Shown here piece after piece: positions 10,853 through 20,757 of a stretch of 64,000 nucleotides of DNA. This DNA is from an uncultured Methanosarcinaceae archaeon. GTDB taxonomy: Archaea; Halobacteriota; Methanosarcinia; Methanosarcinales; Methanosarcinaceae. Positions within the stretch are counted from its first letter, which is position 1, and each line of letters begins with the position of its first letter. The stretch is from contig CAVXNY010000007.1 of the NCBI GenBank assembly GCA_963763235.1, positions 4,828 to 68,827 on the forward strand, written 5' to 3'. The notes under the pieces were generated by a model. It was given only the letters and a program-made list of their open reading frames with translations. It searched no databases and was not told the DNA's origin. Made by a program: the position numbers and the translations under genes.

Positions 10853-10854
10853 AG

Positions 10855-12243
10855 TTATTTGTTGCCATTGAAATGATCCGTCCTATTTACCTGAATTTTG
10901 TATTTCTCAGCAACTTCCTGGAAAGTATCTACCATATAGCGAACTTTCTCCCAGGAAAGGCCATATGTGTTCAATTTCCACATGCGTGTAGCTCCAGCAA
11001 ATTCTCCAACTATACCCTTGCTTGAGAGTTCGTCTGAAAGGAAGAAACCTTTGCGTTTATGGCCATGGGCTACGATATCGAAGTTACCAGTGGTGTCTAT
11101 TTTTGACAGGGTATGCTTGCGTGGGTACTCCGATAAAACCCGACTTCCTTCTATGGCAAGTAAACCATCGATCAGATAGTTTGACTTCTTTACTTCTTCT
11201 TCCCAATTATGCACTCTATTCTTGACAGTAGGAAAAGAAGCCATCATACCTATTAATGTCGAACCCATTAGTGTGCAGCCAAGCATCTCGACTTCTTTGA
11301 CACCAAACTTACGTAGAGTGACATCCCCCACCATCTGAGTTGTACGGAATATTTTGGAAGCCCATTCATTGGTTGTTGCCAGCACTCCTGATGGTGCAGG
11401 TGATGCCATGCTTTTGTGGCCGGAACCTACGACAAAATCTGCACCAATATCCTTTCCATCTACTGGCATGATTCCAACAGTGTACGCACCATTATATAGG
11501 AAAGGAATATCGTACTGATGTGCAACTTTTGCTATGTCTTTTACATCATGTTCATTGGCATACTGGTAATCAAAGTGATCAATTATCACCAGTACAGGCA
11601 GTTTGCCCGTTTCCCGTTTAACTGCCTCAATTTTCTCAGCAGTAAGATCTGCAGTTACAATATTATGCTCGTTTACAGGTATTTCCTTAACTATCCCTCC
11701 GGCCTCTTCTACTGCCAAAAATTCTGTATAGTGAGCTAAAGCTGAAACTATTACAGAATCATTTTTATTGACAATAGTAGATGCAACTGCCTGAAAACCG
11801 CGCCTAGCTCCAGGAACTACACGCGCAACATCCATGTTAAGGAAACTAGCGAGTTGTTCATGGAATGGTCCAATCGGCGGAGTTCTGATTTTGTCTAGCC
11901 TAAAGGGCTTGCTACAGGAATCACAGACTGAATATCCATCGCCATATGCTATGAGTGCTTTTCGTGCTTCTGGGGTAAGCCTTCCAGCTGCCTGAATTGG
12001 CTGTATGTTGATGTACATTTCTTCTCTGGATCGAATGTTAATATTATCAGCTATCTTCCTAACTTGCGGAGTTCCAGTACTGTTTTCGATATCATCCAAA
12101 ATTTTTCTTACTTTGTTTACACCTTCCTTAATAGAGTGTTCTTCTTCCGGACTAGTGATATTTGGAAGGGATTGTCTAAAGATCTCTCGAACATCTTCAA
12201 GGGCAAAAAGAGCCTCAAACGTCTTTTGAATTCTTATATCCAT
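10855..12243 (-). CDS. pscS: O-phosphoseryl-tRNA:Cys-tRNA synthase (SepCysS), long form with ~70-aa N-terminal extension
   Basis: INIQPIQAAGRLT, GDGYSVCD, GARRGF, HYTEF, NGAY.VG, PLP-Lys GSGHKSMA, MLGCT, KLNTYGL; GAGGT RBS. Confidence 0.95.
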   Translation of the reverse strand: MDIRIQKTFEALFALEDVREIFRQSLPNITSPEEEHSIKEGVNKVRKILDDIENSTGTPQVRKIADNINIRSREEMYINIQPIQAAGRLTPEARKALIAYGDGYSVCDSCSKPFRLDKIRTPPIGPFHEQLASFLNMDVARVVPGARRGFQAVASTIVNKNDSVIVSALAHYTEFLAVEEAGGIVKEIPVNEHNIVTADLTAEKIEAVKRETGKLPVLVIIDHFDYQYANEHDVKDIAKVAHQYDIPFLYNGAYTVGIMPVDGKDIGADFVVGSGHKSMASPAPSGVLATTNEWASKIFRTTQMVGDVTLRKFGVKEVEMLGCTLMGSTLIGMMASFPTVKNRVHNWEEEVKKSNYLIDGLLAIEGSRVLSEYPRKHTLSKIDTTGNFDIVAHGHKRKGFFLSDELSSKGIVGEFAGATRMWKLNTYGLSWEKVRYMVDTFQEVAEKYKIQVNRTDHFNGNK

Positions 12244-12256
12244 GAAATTACCTCAA

Positions 12257-12328
12257 AGCTTAGACACGGAATAGAGCCGAAGTGAAATGGGTATGCAGTC
12301 CATTGAGTAGTTTTTCCGCCATCTAAGA
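12257..12328 (-). tRNA. Degenerate/non-canonical tRNA-Cys(GCA)-like element directly upstream of pscS
   Basis: Minus strand parses as TCTTAGA TG GCGG AAAAACT ACTC A ATGGA CTGCATA CCCAT TTCAC TTCGG CTCTATT CCGTG TCTAAGC T: 72 nt, 6/7 acceptor pairs, GCA at 12294-12296, U73 discriminator. Mismatches in D, anticodon and T arms. Confidence 0.75.
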
Positions 12329-12381
12329 TTCGTTCTCTGCATTCATTTATAATTTTGAGCCATTTATTTATTTGTACACCT

Positions 12382-12516
12382 CTATTCTGCAAAATACACA
12401 TTTTTAGCATCTATTTGCCGATTTGTTCAATGTATACCAATGAAAGTGGCGTTAGTTTTTGGCTATTGCCATATTGAGAAAAGGCTGGCATTTTGCGTAT
12501 TTCTACAAGAAGTGAG
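12382..12516. mobile_element. MITE family A, diverged copy 3
   Basis: TTCTGCAAAATACAC...AATGAAAGT...GCTATTGCCATATTGAGAAAA...GAAGTGAG. Confidence 0.6.
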
Positions 12517-12771
12517 TTTTCCGAGTAATTTTGTATCCAATTATCTATGACTGTGCCTTCGTATCCGTGAGTTAGATCACCATACTCAGTGATTTAAGTC
12601 CATACCAAGTTAGTGGAGTCATATAAGTGATTGAAATCGTATGTTAATTGGTAACATACAATTCATATTATGATTTTAGGATTGGCTATTGAAGCGTACT
12701 TATATTTGAACCTTCTTTTTAGAGCAGATATCGCCTCAAAGATTTTGTTTATATTCGTAAAAAAAATTTCA

Positions 12772-12842
12772 AGCCCTAAAATGGAATAGAACAATGTGAA
12801 ATGGATATGCTTTCAATTGCGTAGCCTCTCTGCCATCCCACA
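12772..12842 (-). pseudogene. Second, more decayed tRNA-Cys(GCA)-like element
   Basis: TGTGGGA TG GCAG AGAGGCT ACGC A ATTGA AAGCATA TCCAT TTCAC ATTG TTCTATT CCATT TTAGGGC T. Canonical D arm, GCA at 12808-12810, colinear with 12257..12328; acceptor stem no longer pairs. Confidence 0.65.
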
Positions 12843-13094
12843 AATAATTTATTCATAATTGTGAAGAGACCACATTATAATGTTGAGATCATTATTAATA
12901 TATTTTATAATAAAAAGGGAGTCTCAAATCCATATAATTTGATATTAATTAGTTCAAATAAATACTGAGATTCCAATTTACCTCCAATTTTTCTTCGCGG
13001 AAATCCTTTCCAAATCTTGCCCGCTAATTTTTGTATTTGATCCGACTTTTTTTCCTGTTCATTATTTTTTGATTTTAAAGACATGTTGTGCTAT

Positions 13095-14101
13095 ACTTAA
13101 AACACTCCTTTTATTTTTAATGTCCTCAATTGATAAAGATTATAATAAAAAGCTGTACACAACATCTTCAGATTCACTCTTTGAACAGTAGTGACAAGAA
13201 TTTTTCCTGCTTTGAATATCTTTTAGTAACTGCACAAACTCGTTCTACTTGAGCTCTTTTTGAGCTGATACTCTTCTGAATAGATCACTCATTCCCAGTA
13301 GATGTTCTTTAACTGCTCTTTTCATTGTTGTATTATAACCTTTTGATTTTGCTCCAAAGCTCCTCTGTCCCTGTAAACCACTTAATTTTTTTCTGATAAA
13401 TCTACATACGAATCATGAAGTAACGCAGTCGTTGTTTTGAATCTTCTGATCAGCTCATATATTCCTGTCTATTATGCTATGAAGTTTATATCCAAAGTGT
13501 GATTTAATACCATTTTTCCATGTTCAGTCTCTGCTTCTTTTTGTTTTTGTGTCATTTTCTCGAGGTTTATCCACTTTTGCATTTCCAGTATCTGAATGAA
13601 TAACAGTAACATACTGAATCATTCTCTTTTTTATTTTCGAACCAAGGCAATCGAGTTGGCTTTGCGCTATCCCATTATTTATTCTTCTTTGCAGTTTTCA
13701 ATATTTTTTTTATGATTGACCAGGCTGTAGTACTGTATGGTATATATTCAGGAACACCAAGAAATTTCCTGAAAGAAATTCGATCAATATATTGTTTCTC
13801 AAGTTCAAAGTCTAAGGACCATGCCATTGCTGTAAAAAAAGCATTTTAAACATAATGATTACTTCAGCTTCAGGTCTGCCTCTTGAAACTATTTTGTAAA
13901 AATATATAGACTCAAAAAAGATAAGAAAAGGTTCCCAATTAATTAAGGAATTAATTTCAGCAAGTACGTCTCCAACTGACTGAAGATACCTGTATTCTGC
14001 TTAAAGAGTAAAATCAGTAAGAGTTTTTATGAGTAAAAATTATTACTAAGAGATTTAAATTCACCAATACTCAAATGTATAGGAGTTTATCGAAATTCTC
14101 T
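13095..14101 (-). mobile_element. IS5-family element, near full length, transposase pseudogenised
   Basis: Fragments HFGYKLHSI, YELIRRFKTTTALLHDS, VYRDRG, VERV, KAGKILVTTVQRVNLKML..FYYNLYQLRTL; end GAGTTTATCGAAATTCTCT. Confidence 0.85.
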
Positions 14102-14953
14102 TTAATCAAAAATTAATATATTAGAACTTGCGCAATTAAAATATATAATCAAGTAGAATAAAAGTTATGGTCAAATACACTACTTAAACAGTTGAAGATT
14201 CAATGCTATTGATATTATTGATATTATACACAAGTGTGTAAATCATATCTATAGCAGCTATCTTAATGATTATTCTTTATCTATAACTCAAAATTTAGGA
14301 GATCAATACTAAAACAAAAAGTTTTCTGAATAAAAAAAACATATCATGTAAAATTCTGAGATTTTAAAGCAGTTTCGCTAATTTGCTGAAAATTCAAAGT
14401 TAAATTTTTGTATACTTTATGTAATTAAATTCCTCTGATGTGTTATTTTCCTTTCTCATAACTTGTTGAGATTTGTTATCCTACAGCAAAATCGGTACAC
14501 GAGATTTTTCAATACCTACAGAGATATTAAAAAGTTATCATTGATTTCACTAATAATTGAATGCAATCAATCAAAAAAACAGAAAATAATAAAAAATCTA
14601 AAAATTCAGTACATCCTGAAATTCGAGAGAAAATTTCCAAACAGAAAAATATGCAACAATTTATAGCACAGTAATGAAGTCTAACGTGTTTCCAGATTAC
14701 TTTTCCAAACTTGGTTAAATTCTTAAATATTCAGCAAAATCTGAAAGTTACTTTTTCCATACAATTTGACGAAGATATGAGATTTCACATACATAAATGG
14801 GATAATAATATAATCAAAAAGGATATAATAACCATAATAAATCAAGAGAATAAACTCAAAATTAAAAAACCAAAAATCAAAATATAAACGGCAACCGATT
14901 CAAAAATACTGCAATATTTCAGTTTTTTCCGGTTTCCCGATTAAGGTGATATT

Positions 14954-16234
14954 ATCGTTCCCATAATTCAGGTTGCACTTGATCTCCTGGAATTGGACCG
15001 CTCGATAGAGATTGCAAGAGATGCGGTAGTAGGTGGTGTGGATTGGATCGAAATAGGAACTCCCCTGATAAAAAGCGAAGGTATGGATGCAATCCGCAAA
15101 ATGAGAAAAGCTTTTCCTGACCGAACGATCCTGGCGGATATGAAAACCATAGATACAGGAGCCATTGAAGTCGAGATGGCAGCAAAAGCAGGGGCAGATA
15201 TAGTTATTGTACTAGGAAGTGCAGATGACTCTACAGTACTCGATGCACTACGTTCAGCACACAAATACGGGGTCAGATTAATGGCAGACCTTATTTCGAT
15301 CTTTGACCCAGTGAAAAGAGCATTGGAACTTGAAGCTATGGGAATAGACTATGTAAACGTGCACATAGGTATAGACCAACAGATGATAGGAAAAAATCCT
15401 GTGTCGATCCTCAAGAAAATTTCAGAAAAAGTTAATGTGCCGCTTGCAGTTGCTGGAGGGCTCGATGCAGAAAGTGCTGCACAGGCAGTCAAGGCAGGGG
15501 CCAAAATTGTAATTGTCGGAGGAAATATCACTCATTCTGAAAACGTGACAGAAGCTGCCAGAAAAATTCGGCAGAGTGTGAACTCCCCGGAGGCCGTGGA
15601 TATTCGGGGTATAATAACATTAGATCAGGAAATCAGGAAAATCCTTCGAGAAGTATCAACCTCAAATATTTCGGATGCTATGCATAGAAAAGGGGCAATG
15701 AAGGACATTCATCCCGTGGTGAGAGGGAAAATGGTAGGAACTGCAGTTACTGTTCAGGTTTTTGCTGGAGACTGGGCGAAGACTGTGGAAGCAATTGATA
15801 TTGCCAAAGAAGGGGATGTAATCGTTATCTACAACGGGAGTAAAGACATCGCCTGCTGGGGAGGACTTGCAACCCTGAGCAGCCTGAATAAAGGAATTAC
15901 AGGAGTAGTAATAGAAGGTGCTGTTAGAGATATTGATGAAATAGAGAATATGAAGCTCCCGATTTACACAAGCAATACAGTACCTAATGCTGGAGATCCA
16001 AAAGGCTTTGGGGAAATCAACGCCGAAATTACCTGCGGCGGTCAGACCGTAAAACCAGGAGATTTCATAGTTGGCGATGAGAGTGGAGTGGTAGTAATTC
16101 CCAAGGAGAGAGCTTACGAACTGGCAAGAAGAGCAAAAGAAGTCAACAAAACTGAAAAGAGACTTTTAGATGAGATTCGGCGAGGAGGCACCTTGTCGGA
16201 AATTCTGGAAATCAAAAAATGGGAAAAACTTTGA
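14954..16234 (+). CDS. hxlA: Bifunctional 3-hexulose-6-phosphate synthase / RraA-like (HMG aldolase fold) protein
   Basis: PIIQVALD (upstream of the called TTG 14993), [26 protein letters not shown]; C-terminal [31 protein letters not shown]. Start inferred at ATC/ATT after AGGTGA. Confidence 0.9.
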   Translation: MVPIIQVALDLLELDRSIEIARDAVVGGVDWIEIGTPLIKSEGMDAIRKMRKAFPDRTILADMKTIDTGAIEVEMAAKAGADIVIVLGSADDSTVLDALRSAHKYGVRLMADLISIFDPVKRALELEAMGIDYVNVHIGIDQQMIGKNPVSILKKISEKVNVPLAVAGGLDAESAAQAVKAGAKIVIVGGNITHSENVTEAARKIRQSVNSPEAVDIRGIITLDQEIRKILREVSTSNISDAMHRKGAMKDIHPVVRGKMVGTAVTVQVFAGDWAKTVEAIDIAKEGDVIVIYNGSKDIACWGGLATLSSLNKGITGVVIEGAVRDIDEIENMKLPIYTSNTVPNAGDPKGFGEINAEITCGGQTVKPGDFIVGDESGVVVIPKERAYELARRAKEVNKTEKRLLDEIRRGGTLSEILEIKKWEKL

Positions 16235-16269
16235 ATCAATATTTCCAGAAATTAAAATAAAAATTAAAC

Positions 16270-16407
16270 AGACATTCCACAAATGCACACAGATGCAGAA
16301 TTTGTTTACTTATTTGCTCAAGTACTATTCATTGAAAGTTAGATTAATTTTTAAGCTACTGTCTGAGAAAATAGATGTCATTATTGTGTACATCTGCGAA
16401 AAGTGAG
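16270..16407. mobile_element. MITE family A, copy 4
   Basis: Same core and TIRs as copy 1. Confidence 0.8.
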
Positions 16408-16456
16408 AATAAAAGAAATTTAGAATAATTTAGATAAAGGAACTCTATTCACAGTC

Positions 16457-19087
16457 TTAAGATTGAGAAAAACAGATTTTGGACAGAAGAAGAGCTCTGA
16501 CAAATTTAAAATCTTCTTCCTGACATTTTTCACCTATACTAGTTCGAATCAGAGAATCTAGTTCAGTTTCTAACATTTCAAGTACAGCTTTAATCTGCCT
16601 TTGCCTTTCAGGGGGCAAAAGTCCCCCCATATCCCTGACCTTTCCTGTAAGGATAAGCTGTTCAAATTGCCTGAAAACAGCTTCGATACTCATGCCCTGA
16701 ACTTCAGCAATTCTATCGATCTCAAGCCCATGAGTAAAAAGAGAATAAGTCCTTTGCAAAGAGGATGTTTCAAGAGTATTTGTTTCAAAATGTTCCGTCT
16801 TATAAGATTTCTCCCCAATAAAGCTCATATCCAAATATTTTGCTTTTTTTGCTGGTAATCTACAAACCTCTGAGTTTTTCATTTTATCAGATTCAGGAAT
16901 AGGTACTTTAATTTCAAATACCTCTATTTCATCTCTCAGTTCCTGGTTTTCATCCTTTTGGACTAAGCTTTTTGTGATTACTCTCCCATTTTCAGATTTT
17001 ATACCTGCAGCTTCTGAATTTTCTGCCTTTTCTGAAGATACCAAACTATAATCCCTACAGTAGTGTTCAATTTCCGTGAGAAAAATATCCCCATATTTCC
17101 GCAGTTTATGATCTCCAACTCCTGTAATGGAATGGAACTCTTCAGGGCTATGCGGAAATCTTGTAGCCATTTCCTTAAGGGTTGTATCAGAGAAAATGAT
17201 ATAAGGTGGAAGATTTTTCTTTAGAGCTATTTTCTTTCTCAGAGCTTTTAACCGCTCAAAAAGGATTGCATCATGCCCTTTCCCGGATTTTATGACCATC
17301 TTAACTTTTGATGCATTCAGGACATCTGCAGCTACTGAAAGTTCTTCTGTCAAACATTCTTCTGTTGAGAACTCTTCTCTCGAATACTTTCCTGTTGGAA
17401 ACTCTCCTGTTGGAAGTCCTTCAGTTGAGAACCAGATACCATTTTTAGCGTTATCACTCTTTGTGCCAACTATTGAAAACATTCGGCTTCCTCCAGCATT
17501 TGGCGCAAAGCCTTCAGGGCAGATAAGTTCTATTCGCTCCAAGCCTTTCAGAATTTTTCTGCTCATAGCATTCAGTTTCAAAACAGGATACTGTACTCCA
17601 CTCACTTCAAGAAGGCCTTTATCTGTCATTTCGGAAACTAATGATCTCCATTGTTCTTTTGTGAATTCCCGACCACTGCCATGAGTTTTCAACTTCTCAT
17701 GATGATTTTGCCTGATCTTTTTATTTTTTGAACCTATAAGGACATCAATAACATAGTTAGTGCCAAAGCGCTGATTCAGTTCCTGAACACAGGCCAGTAG
17801 TTTCATGGTGGTTTCTGTTCCTTCAAAAGTACCTTTTGGCCTGAGACAGGAATCACAATTTCCGCAGAATTTAGGGAGTTTCTCACCAAAGTATTCCATT
17901 AGTTTCTGACGCCTACATTTATTCCCCTCGCAATAAGCTACCATCTCCCTTAATTGCACAAGAGAGAGATCCTTTTCATGTTCATTTGTCTTCTGAGAAA
18001 TAAAGTAGTCAAACTTGAAGCGGTCCCCCCTACTGAAAAAAAGGATACACTCACAAAGTCCCCCATCCCTTCCACCTCGTCCGGTTTCCTGGTAGTAACT
18101 TTCAAGATTTCTTGGGAGATCATAATGTATTACGAAACGAACGTTGGACTTATCTATTCCCATCCCAAAAGCAATTGTTGCAACTATTATCTCCACATCG
18201 TCCTTTATGAACAACTCCTGGTTTTTGGTCCGTTCGGTATCTGAAAGGCCTGCATGGTAGGGAAGAGCTCTAAAACCTGCAAGATTCAACTTTTTTGTAA
18301 GATCTTCGACGCTGTTTCTGCTTTGGCAATAGATTATACCAGCTTCATCGCTATGTCTGTGAAGGTAATCAATAATCTCGGAAAAGGCCTCTTTCTTTGG
18401 CCTGACCTCGTAGTAGAGGTTTTTCCGATTAAAACTAGCCAAATATGGACCTTTTTCCGGAGATATCGAAAGGCTTAACTGTGATACGATATCCTTTCGA
18501 ACCCTTTCAGTTGCTGTAGCCGTAAGTGCGATAATTGGTATATCAGGAAAACCTGTCTCTGGATTTCTTAAAAGTTTAAGGTTCCTGTACTCAGGCCGAA
18601 AATCATGTCCCCACTCAGAAATACAATGTGCCTCGTCGATTGCAAAGAGGCTTACTTTTCCTTTTTTTAGAAAAGCAAAAGTTCCGGGCATCATGAGCCT
18701 TTCTGGCGCAACATAAAGTATTTTCAACCTGTTTTCAAGAAAAGCTTCTCGTACATCCCTGGATTCTCTAGCACTCTGGGTGCTGTTTAACAGACCTGCA
18801 GTAATTCCATTTGTATCAAGCCCATCCACCTGGTCTTTCATTAGGGAAATCAGGGGAGAAACAACGACTACAACTCCTTCCATCAGAAGGGCAGGCAGCT
18901 GATAGCAGATCGATTTCCCCCCTCCTGTAGGCATTATCACAAAAACGTCTTTCTTTTCCAGAACATCTCTGATAATTTCCTCCTGCAAAGGGCGAAAAGA
19001 AGTGTAGCCGAAATACTTGTATAGAGCTGAATGCATTATATCTGACATAGAAGTCTTTGACTCGAGCTCATCTTTATTTGCCCTCAA
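16457..19087 (-). CDS. recQ: ATP-dependent DNA helicase RecQ with RQC, HRDC and C-terminal HTH
   Basis: MPTGGGKS, DEAHCISEWGHDFRPEY, TATA, YYQETGRGGRDG, CRR...CGNCDSC, HRDC (PPYIIFSDTTLKEMA). True start may be a slightly downstream ATG. Confidence 0.96.
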   Translation of the reverse strand: MRANKDELESKTSMSDIMHSALYKYFGYTSFRPLQEEIIRDVLEKKDVFVIMPTGGGKSICYQLPALLMEGVVVVVSPLISLMKDQVDGLDTNGITAGLLNSTQSARESRDVREAFLENRLKILYVAPERLMMPGTFAFLKKGKVSLFAIDEAHCISEWGHDFRPEYRNLKLLRNPETGFPDIPIIALTATATERVRKDIVSQLSLSISPEKGPYLASFNRKNLYYEVRPKKEAFSEIIDYLHRHSDEAGIIYCQSRNSVEDLTKKLNLAGFRALPYHAGLSDTERTKNQELFIKDDVEIIVATIAFGMGIDKSNVRFVIHYDLPRNLESYYQETGRGGRDGGLCECILFFSRGDRFKFDYFISQKTNEHEKDLSLVQLREMVAYCEGNKCRRQKLMEYFGEKLPKFCGNCDSCLRPKGTFEGTETTMKLLACVQELNQRFGTNYVIDVLIGSKNKKIRQNHHEKLKTHGSGREFTKEQWRSLVSEMTDKGLLEVSGVQYPVLKLNAMSRKILKGLERIELICPEGFAPNAGGSRMFSIVGTKSDNAKNGIWFSTEGLPTGEFPTGKYSREEFSTEECLTEELSVAADVLNASKVKMVIKSGKGHDAILFERLKALRKKIALKKNLPPYIIFSDTTLKEMATRFPHSPEEFHSITGVGDHKLRKYGDIFLTEIEHYCRDYSLVSSEKAENSEAAGIKSENGRVITKSLVQKDENQELRDEIEVFEIKVPIPESDKMKNSEVCRLPAKKAKYLDMSFIGEKSYKTEHFETNTLETSSLQRTYSLFTHGLEIDRIAEVQGMSIEAVFRQFEQLILTGKVRDMGGLLPPERQRQIKAVLEMLETELDSLIRTSIGEKCQEEDFKFVRALLLSKICFSQS

Positions 19088-20064
19088 GAGATCATAATCA
19101 GTGCTCGTTTTCTAATCCCCCTGATCTACAGAGCATTGTTATCATGCTCGAATATAAAACTTCGGGAAAAATACAGAGAAGTTAACTATGCATATATGCT
19201 TTCATGTAAAATATTGTCCCAAATTCCGTGTTTTATAATGACTATAAACACTTACACAATATATACTTGGGTTCGGAATCCGTAACTTGGTGGTGTTTCA
19301 AGCTGATCATATTTAAGTTACATACATAAGGAATGAAAGTATTTAGTTGTAAGCTCTCGGTACATTATCCTTGATACTTCTCGGTATAGTAAGACTTAGA
19401 AAAAAAGTAGAATCTTTGAAGACAATTTTCGTAATCTATTTTTGTTTCTACTTAAATATCCTTGAAGTAGTTGTGTTCTCCATTTATGATTCTTTAGGCC
19501 ATGTTTTTCATGTATTAATGCATTGTGAGAGTTCAAATTCTGGAGTTATAAAAAATAAGAATTTTTGTTATTTTCGGTGCTTTTAATTTATTGAGATCGC
19601 AGAATGTTTGAATTAGTGATATTTTTTCCAATCCCAGAAGATATTAAGACCTGTATTCTATATTTGTTATACTGTCGAACAGCAGATACCAAAGTCTAAA
19701 GTTATAGTTGTACTATAGCAAAAGCAAAAGAAATAAAAAAAGTATCAATAATTTTGGTATAATAAGTTTAGTAGCTAAAATATACAATACGACAGAAAGC
19801 AAAGGTTCACAGTATCCATTGGAATGTACCTAAGAGAATTTACTTGAAAACTTAATAGATTTCAGGCTTTGCCAGCTCTCCAAAAATCATGAAAAAAAGG
19901 CATTTGACATACGAAATCGCAAAAATGCCTGAGATCATTGTGAAGATCAGGATTTCCAAAGGAGATCTGAAGAAACTAGTAAGGCTGAGAATCTGAACTG
20001 CAAAAAATTGGAAATACTGCTGAGTCCAAAAAGTTAATTTGGTTTGAAGCTTATTCTAAAAAAT

Positions 20065-20352
20065 ATGCTCATCGAACAAATTCAGCTTGAAAATGGTTGC
20101 GCTCTTGGCCTCAACTTTGAGATGCAGAAATATGCTCTACTGGTTATAAGAGCTGATAAAGGGTTCCTAATGTGCGGATACCTGAATATAAATGCTGCTG
20201 AGGATTTCGGGGATACAGCAGCGAAGGTAAAAGGCGTAAAGAGCTTTGAAGATATGCTCAAAGCCCAGGTTGTGGAAGTAACTGAAATGGCCAGAGAACT
20301 TGGGGTTGAGCAAGGGATGACTGGCAGAGAAGCTCTAGATAAAATGTTCTGA
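20065..20352 (+). CDS. DUF1805 / YunC family protein
   Basis: LLVIRADKGFLMCGYLN...AAKVKGVKSFEDML...GMTGREAL; ATG at 20065. Confidence 0.88.
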   Translation: MLIEQIQLENGCALGLNFEMQKYALLVIRADKGFLMCGYLNINAAEDFGDTAAKVKGVKSFEDMLKAQVVEVTEMARELGVEQGMTGREALDKMF

Positions 20353-20757
20353 GGAAAAAATACTTGAAAAATTGCTTTTAAGTATATACTTATTCATACA
20401 ATTTTTTCCAAATATACTGATTTTAGTCGTACTTCATGAATGATTAAGCTTTCATGATTAAGTTTCCAATGTAACGAATATTTGCGTTTTTCATTCACTG
20501 AAGCAAATTCTCTCTAACTAATCTCACTATGATGCAAACAAAAATGCAGGAAAAATGGAACTAAGTGAATTATGAAATTAAATCATCCAAACAAGTGAGG
20601 AAGACCCGGATTTTACTTATTGAATAATTTTTTAGTTATTTCTTTAAAGTTTGGTAATTAGCATTAAATTTTATGTATATTTTATTATATCTATCAAAGA
20701 ATTATATAATCTGAATATTATTCCAAACTATATATATCGAGATATTCCGGATTACAG

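Noticed and set aside
12520-12740. Possible gene between the two tRNA relics
   Set aside because: An RBS-like GAGG exists on the minus strand but no coherent reading frame follows.
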